Assembly: GCA_030603385.1 (NCBI GenBank)
Contig: JAUVXW010000004.1
Location: 32,001 to 96,000, forward strand
DNA from: Promethearchaeota archaeon
Lineage (GTDB): Archaea; Asgardarchaeota; Lokiarchaeia; Sigyniarchaeales; SOKP01
Reading direction: 5' to 3'
DNA: 64,000 nucleotides
The position numbers were made by a program, and so were the translations under genes. The notes beneath the pieces were generated by a model, which saw nothing but the letters and a program-made list of their open reading frames with translations, searched no databases and was not told the DNA's origin. Positions 18,083 to 28,972 of this stretch are shown in pieces (position 1 is the first letter of the stretch; each line of letters begins with the position of its first letter).

Positions 18083-20761
18083 GTGGAAAGAATGGATGAA
18101 GCAGAAATTAAATTAAAAGTCAAAGAAATAATCAAATCAAAATTAGGAAATATTTCAATTTTTAATATTCAAAGACTAAAAGATTTAGATTTAGGAGATC
18201 CAAACAAATTACCCTATTCTCATAAGATTTTACTTGAAAATTTTTTAAGAAATTTAGACGGTAAGCGGGTTAAAACAGATCACTTGCTTTCACTTTGCCA
18301 ATGGGATTGTAAAAGCAAAATCATGAGTGAGGTTCCCTTTATTCCATCGAGAGTTCTCCTTCAAGATTTTACCGGAGTTCCCTCCGTAGTAGATTTAGCA
18401 GCTTTAAGATCAGCCATAAAAAGAGCAGACGGAGACCCATCTAAAATTAACCCATTAATTCCCGTAGATTTAGTTATTGATCACTCTATACAAGTTGATT
18501 ATTATGGGACTAAGGACGCTATAAAATTAAATGAAAAAAAAGAGATGGAGCGCAATCGTGAACGATATACACTACTAAAATGGGCGCAAGAAGTATTCCA
18601 TAACTTTAGAGTAGTACCTATGAGCCGAGGGATTTGTCATCAAGTTAATTTAGAATATTTGGCTTCAGTGATTCACGTTAGAGAAGAAAATGGCGAATTA
18701 ATAGGATTTCCTGACACTTTGGTTGGAACTGATTCTCATACTACAATGATAAATGGTTTATCCGTCCTAGGATGGGGTGTAGGGGGTATAGAAGCCGAAG
18801 CCGTAATTTTAGGTCAACCTTATTATATGAATATACCAAAAGTTGTGGGAGCAAAACTAATAGGGGAAATTAAAGAAGGAATAACTGCAACTGATATTGT
18901 TTTAAATATCACTCAAATTCTTAGAAATCATGGTGTTGTAGGAAAATTCGTAGAATTTTATGGTCCTAGCTTAAAAAAACTTTGTCTTGCTGATCGAGCA
19001 ACTATAGCAAATATGTCTCCAGAATATGGGGCAACAATGGGATTTTTCCCTATTACTGAGGAAACACTGAAATATTTGATAGATAGTGGAAGAAAAAAAG
19101 AACATGTAGATTTTGTAGAACAATACGCAAAAAAAGTAGGACTTTTCTATACAGAAAATGCCCCTATACCAGATTATAGTGAAAATTTGGAAATAAATTT
19201 AAGTGATATTAATCCAAGTCTAGCGGGTCCAAAACGACCTCAAGATCGAATTCCCTTAAAGGAGATGAAACGTGCTTTTATTAATGATATGAAAAAAGTA
19301 TTTGATAAAAAAGAAGATCTTGAGAATATTTCTAATGGAAAGGATTTAAATCATGGTTCCGTTGTTATAGCTGCAATTACTTCTTGTACTAATACATCGA
19401 ATCCATCTGTCATGATTGGGGCTGGACTTTTAGCAAGAAATGCTCTTGAAAAAGGCTTAAAAGTCAAAAGTTTTGTAAAAACAAGTTTTGCCCCTGGATC
19501 TCGAGTGGTTATTGATTACTTAAATGATGCAGGATTAATGCCATATTTAGAAGAATTGGGCTTTAATCTGGTAGGTTATGGTTGTACTACTTGTATTGGA
19601 AATAGTGGTCCTTTGAAAGATGAATTTGTAAAGGATATTAAAAATAATGATTTGGTTGCAACATCAGTTCTTAGTGGAAATAGAAATTTTGAGGGGCGTA
19701 TCAGTCCTCATGTTAAGGCAAACTATCTCGCGTCTCCACCTTTAGTTGTGGCTTTTGCTTTAGCAGGTACTGTAGCAATAAACATGGAAGAAGATCCATT
19801 AGGTTTCGATCCAGAGGGAAATCCTGTTTATTTAAGAGATATATGGCCAAATTCAGAAGAGATTTCCGAGTTAAGTGATAAATTTGTTACCTCAAAGTTA
19901 TTTAATAAAGAATATGAAGAAATCTTCAAAGGATGGGGGTTGTGGAATGAACTCAAACCACCAAAAGAAGAAATTTATCATTGGGATGAAGACTCATCTT
20001 ACATACGAGAACCTCCCTTCTTTATAAATTTTCCATTAGTAGAGCCCCCTTTGAATGATATAAAAGATTCAAGAGTCTTAGCATTGTTAGGTGTTTCGGT
20101 TACAACTGATCACATATCTCCTGCAGGGGCAATCCCTAAAGATATGCCTGCTGGAAATTATCTTATTTCAAGGGGAATAAATGTGAAAGATTTTAACTCA
20201 TTTGGGTCTAGACGAGGAAACCACGAGGTTATGATGCGGGGCACATTTGGAAACATTAGAATAAAAAATAAGTTAGTTGAGAAAGAAGGGGGATGGACAA
20301 AGGATTTTCTTTCTGATGAGATTGTTCCACTATATAATGCTGCAATGGATTATATTTCAAAAGATATTCCATTAATAGTTCTGGCTGGGAAAGATTACGG
20401 TATGGGAAGTTCTCGGGATTGGGCGGCGAAAGGTACACAACTTTTAGGTGTTAAAGCTGTTATTGCAGAATCATTTGAAAGGATTCATAGAAGTAATCTT
20501 GTAGGGATGGGTGTTTTACCGTTACAATTCATAGGAAGTGAGAATACTGAATCTTTGGGCATAGATGGAACTGAAGTGTTTGATATTGTTGGAATTAAAG
20601 ATATTAAACCCTTCTCTGAAGTGGAAGTTACAGCTAGGAAAAGTAATGGTGAAGAAACAAAATTTAAAGCATTAGTACGCCTTGATAGTGCGGTTGATAT
20701 TGAGTATTATCAAAATGGTGGAATATTACATACTGTCTTAAGAAAGATGTTAAAGAATTAA
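18083..20761 (+). CDS. acnA: Aconitate hydratase A
   Basis: QDFTGVP, GTDSHT, ITSCTNTSN, GYGCTTCIGN, GSSRDWAAKG. Confidence 0.96.
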   Translation: MERMDEAEIKLKVKEIIKSKLGNISIFNIQRLKDLDLGDPNKLPYSHKILLENFLRNLDGKRVKTDHLLSLCQWDCKSKIMSEVPFIPSRVLLQDFTGVPSVVDLAALRSAIKRADGDPSKINPLIPVDLVIDHSIQVDYYGTKDAIKLNEKKEMERNRERYTLLKWAQEVFHNFRVVPMSRGICHQVNLEYLASVIHVREENGELIGFPDTLVGTDSHTTMINGLSVLGWGVGGIEAEAVILGQPYYMNIPKVVGAKLIGEIKEGITATDIVLNITQILRNHGVVGKFVEFYGPSLKKLCLADRATIANMSPEYGATMGFFPITEETLKYLIDSGRKKEHVDFVEQYAKKVGLFYTENAPIPDYSENLEINLSDINPSLAGPKRPQDRIPLKEMKRAFINDMKKVFDKKEDLENISNGKDLNHGSVVIAAITSCTNTSNPSVMIGAGLLARNALEKGLKVKSFVKTSFAPGSRVVIDYLNDAGLMPYLEELGFNLVGYGCTTCIGNSGPLKDEFVKDIKNNDLVATSVLSGNRNFEGRISPHVKANYLASPPLVVAFALAGTVAINMEEDPLGFDPEGNPVYLRDIWPNSEEISELSDKFVTSKLFNKEYEEIFKGWGLWNELKPPKEEIYHWDEDSSYIREPPFFINFPLVEPPLNDIKDSRVLALLGVSVTTDHISPAGAIPKDMPAGNYLISRGINVKDFNSFGSRRGNHEVMMRGTFGNIRIKNKLVEKEGGWTKDFLSDEIVPLYNAAMDYISKDIPLIVLAGKDYGMGSSRDWAAKGTQLLGVKAVIAESFERIHRSNLVGMGVLPLQFIGSENTESLGIDGTEVFDIVGIKDIKPFSEVEVTARKSNGEETKFKALVRLDSAVDIEYYQNGGILHTVLRKMLKN

Positions 20762-20863
20762 CATTTTTCTTTTACCTTGTTATATAAAAAAAGTTTAATT
20801 TTTACTATATTAATTATCTAAATATAATTCTATAATTAGGGCAAATAAAAAAGAGAAAAAATG

Positions 20864-21385
20864 TTAAGGATTTTGTTTTTGATTTTTCATAGCAAGCCCC
20901 ATCTTGCGCCAAGATTGCCTTCCGAGCTCCCACATTTTTCCCTGAGTATTTTCCCCTTTTAGTTCGCGCCCAATCCACTTTTGTCCGGCTGGAACATTTT
21001 TTCCCATGCCAACAAAAGAGGTGGCTCCAACCATGGCATCATCTTCAACGGTCACTGTTATCATCAATACTGATTGTATACCTACAACAGTATTATTTTT
21101 AACTGTTGCGCCGTGAACAATAGCACCAAAACCTATTAAATTATTATCTCCAATGGTAGTTTTAAATCCTTCAGCAGTATTTATAATACAAGCATCTTGA
21201 AACACATTTTTAGCCCCGATCTCAACCTTCGCAAAATCCCCACGCATTATTACTCCCTGGTAAACAACATTATCTGGACCCAATGTAACATCACCAACAA
21301 TCCACGCAGATTCAGAAATCCAACACGAGGGATCGATGGTTGGAGTTTTAGCCTTCCCATCAATTTCAATTGAAATAATTGGCAT
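20864..21385 (-). CDS. Gamma carbonic anhydrase-like left-handed beta-helix protein
   Basis: IVGDVTLG, MRGD, QD, IVHGA hexapeptide repeats. Confidence 0.8.
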   Translation of the reverse strand: MPIISIEIDGKAKTPTIDPSCWISESAWIVGDVTLGPDNVVYQGVIMRGDFAKVEIGAKNVFQDACIINTAEGFKTTIGDNNLIGFGAIVHGATVKNNTVVGIQSVLMITVTVEDDAMVGATSFVGMGKNVPAGQKWIGRELKGENTQGKMWELGRQSWRKMGLAMKNQKQNP

Positions 21386-21518
21386 AATATCTTTAAAATT
21401 CTATTTTATAAAAAGTTAAAGTTAGTTCTATGTGTTATTAGTTTAGCCTTTCTATTTGTAAATGTTTAAATGTATATTTTTAAACTATTTTATTACAAAG
21501 TACTTTGTTGAGTTATCT

Positions 21519-23162
21519 ATGTCTGAAACAGGGTTAAAAATATTTAAACTCAATTTTGATGGGTCTTTCAATGAGATTTCTTATGAAAATATAAAAGATG
21601 TTTTTACAATTGTAAACATCTTAGCTATTTATGTGTCCCAAAAGAAAACAATGTATATCTGGATAGGACGCAATGCAACTCAAGCTTTAAAAAATCATAT
21701 TTCAAATATCCGAGTGTTAGTGAAAGAAGAATTTCCTGACTTTCGTATTATTCGTAATTTTACATTTGAAATGAGGGATGAGCCATTTGAATTTTTCCAG
21801 AATTTAAATATATCTAAAGAAGAACTGTATAAAATCATTGATTATCAAGAAAAGGTGATGTTGCCTACCTTAAAGAAAATAGATACATTAAAAACTAAAT
21901 TGGAAAGTCTTATTGATACAGAAGACTATGCCAATGCTATTAAAATATCAGAAGAGATCATTGTGTTAGCAAATCAAATCGATGATAATGCAGTTTTAAC
22001 AGAGCAAAAAAGATTAATAACTGAAATTAAGTTAAAAAATGAAGATAAGCAAATTATCGATGAAATTTCAGAAAAAACATCCACCGTTGATAAAGAATTT
22101 TCTAAATTAATTAAAGCAAAAGAGTTTTTAAAAGCACATCAGTTGGTAGAAGAATTTGAAAAGAGCTTCAGTACTACATATGATTTATCGGCAATACCTA
22201 TAGCTAAGGATTTATTATCAAGAGAAAAGAAAATATGGAAAAAAGAACAAGACCGATTAATAAAATCACTAAATAAGTTAGAGAACGACCTTTTTCTGGC
22301 ACTGAGGAATCTCGAAATCGAAACAGCACTCAACTTATTGGAAAGAGGGAAAGCATTTTTCTTGAATCTTATTAATGAAGAAGTTAAATTGAAATGGAAG
22401 AGATTTGAAACCGATATTCAGATTGCGAAGCAGAAGGTTGAGCTCATCAAAGTCTGCGATAATTTCATTATTGAGTATGTTAAATTAAAAGATAAATTTC
22501 AATTTAACACAATAACTACAAAATTAGGTAGTTTACTCACAAAGGTTCAAAAATTAAAAATTACTGATTATAAGAAGAAATTAGAAGATATTAATAAAGA
22601 AATCAATTCCGCTGAAGACTCTTATAATAAAAAATTAGCAGAAATTGCTGAATTAGAGAAAAAAATAAAATCCAACCAAAAGAACAATCTTTTAGATGAT
22701 ACCTTAAAAAATTGTCAAAGTATTATTAAGCTTGTTAAGTCCATAAATAAGTTAGATTTAGAAGAAAAATACTCTGCAATTTTAATTCAAACCGAGGAAG
22801 CAATTGAAAATAAAAGAATCTTTGAGGAAAAACAAGAAAACTTAAAAGAAGAGCTCACTCAATTAGAAAAAGTGTTTGGTTCTTCACTAAAACGTATGGA
22901 TATAGCCAAAACAGGAGAAATAATTGAGAAATCAAAAATTTTTCTTGTTGAACTTGTTGATGATAAAACAAAAGAGAAGTGGAATGCGTTAGAAAAAAAA
23001 TTTAAGTTAACTAAAAATCTCATTCAAAATGTTGAAAATTTAAGTAGAAACGGGATCACGGCTTTAGAATCGAAATCATATAAAGATTCCCTTAATAATT
23101 ATGAACAGATTATAAATCTAATTCAAGGATACACCAAACAAATACAAGGAAAGGTGGGATAA
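21519..23162 (+). CDS. Gelsolin-like N-domain plus long helical/coiled-coil region
   Basis: MYIWIGRNA...EMRDEPFEFF followed by ~450 aa K/E-rich helical repeats; ATG 21519 is the likely start. Confidence 0.65.
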   Translation: MSETGLKIFKLNFDGSFNEISYENIKDVFTIVNILAIYVSQKKTMYIWIGRNATQALKNHISNIRVLVKEEFPDFRIIRNFTFEMRDEPFEFFQNLNISKEELYKIIDYQEKVMLPTLKKIDTLKTKLESLIDTEDYANAIKISEEIIVLANQIDDNAVLTEQKRLITEIKLKNEDKQIIDEISEKTSTVDKEFSKLIKAKEFLKAHQLVEEFEKSFSTTYDLSAIPIAKDLLSREKKIWKKEQDRLIKSLNKLENDLFLALRNLEIETALNLLERGKAFFLNLINEEVKLKWKRFETDIQIAKQKVELIKVCDNFIIEYVKLKDKFQFNTITTKLGSLLTKVQKLKITDYKKKLEDINKEINSAEDSYNKKLAEIAELEKKIKSNQKNNLLDDTLKNCQSIIKLVKSINKLDLEEKYSAILIQTEEAIENKRIFEEKQENLKEELTQLEKVFGSSLKRMDIAKTGEIIEKSKIFLVELVDDKTKEKWNALEKKFKLTKNLIQNVENLSRNGITALESKSYKDSLNNYEQIINLIQGYTKQIQGKVG

Positions 23163-23163
23163 G

Positions 23164-24117
23164 TTGACTGAAGGAGAAGTAAAACCAATAAAGGAAAAAG
23201 AAGAAAAACGAAAAATAAAACTCATTTCGCAAATTGATGACTTACTTGCGATTCAAGGTCAATGCTATATGAAAGGGCAGTTAAAGGAGGCATTAGATCT
23301 AGCAGATAATATAATAGAGTTAGCAGAAACAGAAAACTTAGAATCATTCATAAGGGAACAAGAAGATTTAAAAGCAAGAATAAAGGGGATATTAAAAAAG
23401 AGAGAAGAAGAGAAACGAGGACAATTAATTGGGCAAATAAAATCTGAATTAGCAAAATTAGAAGTTGATTTTAATAAAGCCTTTAAAGTAGAGGATTTCT
23501 CGAGAGTAGAGTTAATTTTAAATAATGCTAAAAAACCCCTTTTTGAACTTAGTGATGAGAAGGCTAGCTTGAAATGGAGAAAGTTTGAGAATGAATATAT
23601 AGATACCAAGGCAAGAAAAGGAATAATTAAGCAAGTATTGAAATTAATTAAAGAAAGTTCAGAATTAAAATCGAATTTTCAATTTGAAGACTTAAAACTG
23701 AGGTTAACTTATTTAATAGAACAGGTTCAAGATAAAGACATCAAGGATTATTTAGAGAAATTAAGAGAGATCGAAAAAGAAACTATTGCAGCAGAAGATT
23801 CCTACAAAAATACTCAAAACAAAATAAAACAAATTTCAGAAAAAATTACTGTTGAGAGAGAAAGAAAAGAATTTCAATCAGCGATAAAAAACTGTGAAGA
23901 GCTTATTAAACTTGCCAAATCAATTAATAAGAAAGATAAAGTAGAAAAATATTCAGCTATTATAACAGAACTTAAAACTGACCTTGAATTTGAAGAATTA
24001 AAAGAATCTATCAGAAAGCTAAATGATCATGGATTAGGCTCTCTAAAAAATGGTAAAATTCAAACTTCAATTGAAAAATTCAAACAAATTAAGGACGCCT
24101 TAAACAAATACGTATAA
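23164..24117 (+). CDS. Helical protein paralogous to the C-terminal part of the upstream gene
   Basis: Shared motifs LKW(K/R)xFE, FQF, AEDSY, KNC..IIKLxKSINK..EKYSAI. Confidence 0.7.
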   Translation: MTEGEVKPIKEKEEKRKIKLISQIDDLLAIQGQCYMKGQLKEALDLADNIIELAETENLESFIREQEDLKARIKGILKKREEEKRGQLIGQIKSELAKLEVDFNKAFKVEDFSRVELILNNAKKPLFELSDEKASLKWRKFENEYIDTKARKGIIKQVLKLIKESSELKSNFQFEDLKLRLTYLIEQVQDKDIKDYLEKLREIEKETIAAEDSYKNTQNKIKQISEKITVERERKEFQSAIKNCEELIKLAKSINKKDKVEKYSAIITELKTDLEFEELKESIRKLNDHGLGSLKNGKIQTSIEKFKQIKDALNKYV

Positions 24118-24194
24118 GTAAGTATTAAATATCCATCATTTGCCATATAACTCAATTAAATAAAAAAAAAGAATTAAAAAATTTTATTGGTTTA

Positions 24195-26129
24195 TTAAGC
24201 ATGTTTTTGCTTAATATGAGGTAATTTACCACCAGCTTTTAAAACTTCAATTTCAGTTTCGCTCAAAGAATGCGTCAATGGAATGTCAATATTTTTACTT
24301 AGATTTTTCAGTATTACCTTTCCAGTTTGTAATGTTGTTAAGTCAATTTCGAAATTATCTCCTTGTTCAATTCTATTATAATCATCCTTATTTGCGAACG
24401 TTAAAGGTACAATTCCAAAATTCACGAGATTAGCTAAATGAATACGAGCAAAAGATTTAACGATTACTGCTTTAAGACCTAAATATTTTGGAGCAATTGC
24501 GGCATGTTCTCGACTTGAGCCCTGACCATAGTTTTCCCCTCCTACTATAAAACCCCCATTTCTTTCTAATGATCTATCATGAAAGGATTCATCTACATCA
24601 ATGAAAACAAACTTACTTATTTCTGGAATATTGCTCCTTAAAGGAAGTATCTTAGCTCCTGCCGGCATTATATGGTCTGTGGTAATATCATCCTCAACTT
24701 TTAGCAGAACTTCTCCTTCTAACTTTTCTGGTAAAGGATTAAGTTCAGGTAATGGTTTAATATTAGGCCCCCTTACGATTATAACATCTTTAGCCCTTTC
24801 AGGAGGTAAAGGTGGAATTATCATATTATCGTTTACTATAAACTTCTTTGGCATGTCGATTTTAGGAGGTTTTCCGATTGATCTTGGATCTGTTAATTTT
24901 CCAGCAAGAACAGAGGCGGCAGCAGTTTCAGGACTTACTAGATATGCTTGAGCACTTCTCGTTCCTGATCTACCTAGAAAATTCCGATTAAATGTTCTTA
25001 ATGTAACAGCATCAGTTTTAGGTGCAAGTCCCATACCAATACAAGGACCACATGCATTTTCTAATATTCTTGCACCTGATTCAACTAAATAAGCCATCTC
25101 ACCTGATTTTATCATATGATCTACTACTTGCCGAGATCCTGGAGAAACTGTAAGAACTGTGTTTTCACTAATAGTTTTTCCTTTCATAATATTAGCGACT
25201 ACTTTTAAATCTCTTAACGAGGAGTTAGTACAGGATCCAATGCACACTTGATCAACAACTAATCCCTCAATTTCTTTCACAGATTTTACATTACCAGGAC
25301 TATGAGGTTCAGCAATAAGAGGTTCAAGATCATCTAAATTTATCTCTATTCTTTCATCATATTCAGCATCGTTATCAGGTACTAAAGACACCCATTGATC
25401 TCCTCTTTCTTGAGCTTCTAAAAATTCTTTAGTAATATCGTCAGAAGGAAAAATCGAAGTAGTTGCGCCAGTTTCTGTTCCCATATTCGTAATTGTCCCT
25501 CGTTCTGGAACAGTCAAAGTTTTTATTCCTGGTCCAGTATACTCTAAAACTTTATTAACTGCCCCTTTAACACCTATCCTTCTTAATACTTCTAGAATAA
25601 TATCTTTAGCTGAAACGTAATCAGGCAATTTGCCTGTAAGATACACATTAACAACCTTTGGCATTTTTAGTCGGAAAGCTTCACCTGCCATAGCGGCAGC
25701 TACATCAAGACCTCCTGCTCCAATTGCAATTGATCCTACTCCACCTCCTGTTGGAGTATGACTATCGCTCCCTAGTAGTGCCTTTCCAGGTCTTGCGAAT
25801 CTTTCTAAATGAACTTGATGACATATTCCATTTCCTGGGCGTGAAAAATAAAGTCCATATTTAGCAGCAATGCTTTGGAGGTATCTATGATCATCTGGAT
25901 TCTTAAAATCTGTTTGTAAAGTATTATGGTCAACATAGCTTACAGATAATTCTGTTCGTACACGATCAATACCAATAGCTTCAAATTGTAAGTAAGCCAT
26001 AGTGCCTGTTGCATCTTGAGTCAACGTTTGATCGATCTTTATTGCGATATCAGTGCCTTTTTCGAGTTTACCTTCAATTAAATGTTGTTCTATTATTTTT
26101 TCAGTTAGAGTTTTTCCCATTTTAATCAA
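24195..26129 (-). CDS. Second aconitase (compact ~650-aa type)
   Basis: TQDATGT, GICHQVHLE, SDSHT, IGSCTNS, CGPCIG, TTDHI, GSSREHA. Confidence 0.9.
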   Translation of the reverse strand: MIKMGKTLTEKIIEQHLIEGKLEKGTDIAIKIDQTLTQDATGTMAYLQFEAIGIDRVRTELSVSYVDHNTLQTDFKNPDDHRYLQSIAAKYGLYFSRPGNGICHQVHLERFARPGKALLGSDSHTPTGGGVGSIAIGAGGLDVAAAMAGEAFRLKMPKVVNVYLTGKLPDYVSAKDIILEVLRRIGVKGAVNKVLEYTGPGIKTLTVPERGTITNMGTETGATTSIFPSDDITKEFLEAQERGDQWVSLVPDNDAEYDERIEINLDDLEPLIAEPHSPGNVKSVKEIEGLVVDQVCIGSCTNSSLRDLKVVANIMKGKTISENTVLTVSPGSRQVVDHMIKSGEMAYLVESGARILENACGPCIGMGLAPKTDAVTLRTFNRNFLGRSGTRSAQAYLVSPETAAASVLAGKLTDPRSIGKPPKIDMPKKFIVNDNMIIPPLPPERAKDVIIVRGPNIKPLPELNPLPEKLEGEVLLKVEDDITTDHIMPAGAKILPLRSNIPEISKFVFIDVDESFHDRSLERNGGFIVGGENYGQGSSREHAAIAPKYLGLKAVIVKSFARIHLANLVNFGIVPLTFANKDDYNRIEQGDNFEIDLTTLQTGKVILKNLSKNIDIPLTHSLSETEIEVLKAGGKLPHIKQKHA

Positions 26130-26322
26130 ATTCGAGTAAGTTATTGAATATAAGTAGATACAAAAAGTAATGAAAATAAATTTTACTTTAATTTTTAAAA
26201 AAAGAAGAAATTTAATTAAAAAAAATGTTGGAATTTATAGTGCTGTAGGGGTTATAGAAAAAGATATAATCTACAACAAATTTAAATAATTATAATCAAG
26301 TTAAACTATAAGAGTTGAAACC

Positions 26323-26859
26323 ATGAGAGAAGATTTAGAACCACTTACTAAAGGGGAATTATTAGATTACATCGAAGACATCTCCAAAAACTGGCTTGCA
26401 ATCGATGGTACTTGGTTTCAAGCAGTTGAAAAAGAATTTGGCCTTGACAAGGCTATTGAGCTTGATATAGAACAATGGAAAAGATTTACTATAATTGAAG
26501 CGAAAAGAATTAAGAATCGATTCAAAATTCCCGAAAATGGGGGAATTCCCGCTTTAATCCAGGCATTAAAATATAGAGTATATGCAAATATTAACATACA
26601 AGAATTTGTTGAGGTATCTGAAATCCGGTGCGTGTTTAGGATGAAGAATTGTCGTGTACAGTATGCTAGGAAAAGTAGAGGGCTTCCAGACTTCCCATGT
26701 AAATTACTTGGTATACAAGAATATTCACTTTTTGCACAAACAATAGATCCTAGAATTAAAACAAATTGTATAACATGTCCACCAGACCCTCATCCTGAAA
26801 ATTATTGGTGTGCGTGGGAGTTCATACTAGTAGAAGACAACGATTCACAAAAATATTAA
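26323..26859 (+). CDS. DUF6125-like Cys-containing protein
   Basis: NWLAIDGTWF, CRVQ..R, FPC, CITCPPDPH, WCAWEF. Confidence 0.7.
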   Translation: MREDLEPLTKGELLDYIEDISKNWLAIDGTWFQAVEKEFGLDKAIELDIEQWKRFTIIEAKRIKNRFKIPENGGIPALIQALKYRVYANINIQEFVEVSEIRCVFRMKNCRVQYARKSRGLPDFPCKLLGIQEYSLFAQTIDPRIKTNCITCPPDPHPENYWCAWEFILVEDNDSQKY

Positions 26860-26989
26860 GTTATATTAGATTTAAAAAGCGAATTATCTTATTCCTATAA
26901 TAACAAGCCAATAATTTATTAGAATTGGATTACTAACAAAATTATCAATAAATATTATAATTCAATTAATCATAATAAAATGAAATAAA

Positions 26990-27424
26990 ATGTCAGAAGA
27001 GTATATAAGAGGCCAAATAAGCGCCAAGGAAGATGAAATTACGCGAATTGAAGAAGATGCTTCAAAAAAAGACGCTTCAGCAGAAGCAGAAATTGAAGAA
27101 GAATTTGATCCAAAAATAGAAGAAGCGAAAGCAAAAGTAGAGGAAGAAGAAGGTTTGCGAGATGAAGCTATTGAAAAAGCAGCAGAATGGACTGCTAAAA
27201 AGAAAGAAAAAATCGCTGCTGCAAAAGATGCAAATAAAAAGCTTAATACTTTAAAAAGTGATAAAGAAAAATCCCTTAATGTGAAATTAAAAGAAATAGA
27301 AACTGAGAAAAAGTCCCAAATTAAAGAAATTCACGGAGAAATTAAAGCTCTACAAAAACAATTACTCGCTTTAGAAAAAGAAAAAGCTAAACAAGCTAAA
27401 CAAGCTGAACAGGCTGAAGATTAA
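26990..27424 (+). CDS. Coiled-coil protein
   Basis: 144 aa, E/K/A-rich heptads. Confidence 0.7.
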   Translation: MSEEYIRGQISAKEDEITRIEEDASKKDASAEAEIEEEFDPKIEEAKAKVEEEEGLRDEAIEKAAEWTAKKKEKIAAAKDANKKLNTLKSDKEKSLNVKLKEIETEKKSQIKEIHGEIKALQKQLLALEKEKAKQAKQAEQAED

Positions 27425-27532
27425 ATCAATAGGATCTTTCTTGTTATTTTTTTTATTTAATTTTTTTTAATATTTTTTTTATTTTTCTGGAAATCACTTC
27501 TTTATAAATAATCGAAAACCAAGGTTTATTGG

Positions 27533-28084
27533 TTGATATTATTAACGGGTTTTGGTCCATACGATAATTATAAAAGAAATATTAGTAGCGAGATTGTTAA
27601 AAATCTTGAGATTGCAGACTTGGATATAAATATTAGAAAAGAAATATTACCAGTTAGTTGGAAATTTAGCATTAGATCATATCAAGACATATTAAATAAA
27701 TTATCGAGAAAACCAAAAATTGTAATCCTATTAGGAATACATTCAAATAGACATTATCATTTAGAAAACCTTGGTTGGAATTTTGCGTTTGGACAAGATA
27801 TCGATAACTACATTAAAATCGGAATTATTAGATATAATTTACACTTATGGCTGCGAACTATATTAAATGTAAGAAAACTATATTCATTACTAAAGGAGAG
27901 AATTGATATTAAGTTATCAAACTTTGCAGGAACGTATTTATGTAATTATCTCTATTATTGGGCTCTTTCTCTCTCAGATAAAAAATATCCTGTTTTATTT
28001 ATTCATCTTCCCAATAATGAGAAATTAAATAGAGGTGTAGAAATCATTAGTACGATCATTAGAACTATAAATACTATTCTCTAA
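27533..28084 (+). CDS. pcp: Pyroglutamyl-peptidase I family
   Basis: LTGFGPY, LPVSW, LE, AGTYLCN (catalytic Cys), FIHLP. Confidence 0.8.
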   Translation: MILLTGFGPYDNYKRNISSEIVKNLEIADLDINIRKEILPVSWKFSIRSYQDILNKLSRKPKIVILLGIHSNRHYHLENLGWNFAFGQDIDNYIKIGIIRYNLHLWLRTILNVRKLYSLLKERIDIKLSNFAGTYLCNYLYYWALSLSDKKYPVLFIHLPNNEKLNRGVEIISTIIRTINTIL

Positions 28085-28104
28085 TCAAATAGCTATAATT
28101 AAAT

Positions 28105-28272
28105 TTAAAGATTAATGGGTAACTTTTGACCTTTTTCATTGATTTTATCTTTTAAAATATCGGGATGAAGTCTTAATTCATCATAAAGCCAAGACATGAG
28201 CCTTAATTTTGAGTTGTAAATCTCAACTTCTTCTTCAAAAAGTTCCATTCTATGGTTACCTTCTATATTCAT
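28105..28272 (-). CDS. Small hypothetical protein (55 aa)
   Basis: MNIEGNHRMELFEEEVEIYNSKLRLMSWLYDELRLHPDILKDKINEKGQKLPINL*. Confidence 0.4.
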   Translation of the reverse strand: MNIEGNHRMELFEEEVEIYNSKLRLMSWLYDELRLHPDILKDKINEKGQKLPINL

Positions 28273-28393
28273 TATATTCCATGAGATCCAAGAAACATAT
28301 TTATCTGTGTAATATCCGGATATTATCTAATTTGTTTTAAATGGAAAATTTTGAAATTTGAAGAGTTTTTTCAAAATAAAACAACTGGAAAAT

Positions 28394-28807
28394 TTAACTT
28401 TTTAAGTATTTCTTTTTAATATCATCAAGAATATATATTATATCTTCGATTGGATTGCCATCAATTACTTTATCCAATTTTTCAATTAATTCTTTAGGAA
28501 AGATCTCAAATTTTGCAATGTTCTCTCTATATTCTTTTAATTGATCAGAGACTGAATATAATGAATTACTTCTTTTTATTTCTAATTCCCTAGAAACGAC
28601 ATTCCCAAAAGATTCTATCAATTCATTATAAATACTGTTTTCGAATTGTTGTACTTCATAATTCACTTCGAAAATCATGTGATCATATTTTTTATTAACA
28701 TCTTGGATTTCTTTTTCCCTTTCCATATTAATTTCATCGATTTTTGGCTTCAAAGATTTCTTTCTTAAATCTAGCTCTTCAAGTTTGGAATCTAAATGGT
28801 TGGTCAT
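28394..28807 (-). CDS. Coiled-coil hypothetical protein
   Basis: 137-aa ORF, heptad pattern. Confidence 0.65.
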   Translation of the reverse strand: MTNHLDSKLEELDLRKKSLKPKIDEINMEREKEIQDVNKKYDHMIFEVNYEVQQFENSIYNELIESFGNVVSRELEIKRSNSLYSVSDQLKEYRENIAKFEIFPKELIEKLDKVIDGNPIEDIIYILDDIKKKYLKS

Positions 28808-28972
28808 ATTACTTTTTAATAAAGGATTTTATTTAAAGAATTAGCTAAAGCCATTTATGAATAGAAATTTACTTTAAAAATCTATGTTAATACTATAACT
28901 TCTAAAAATAAAAATTATATCTTTAGCATTATTTCAAATAATCAAACCATTTGAAAAACCATTGAGATTTAT

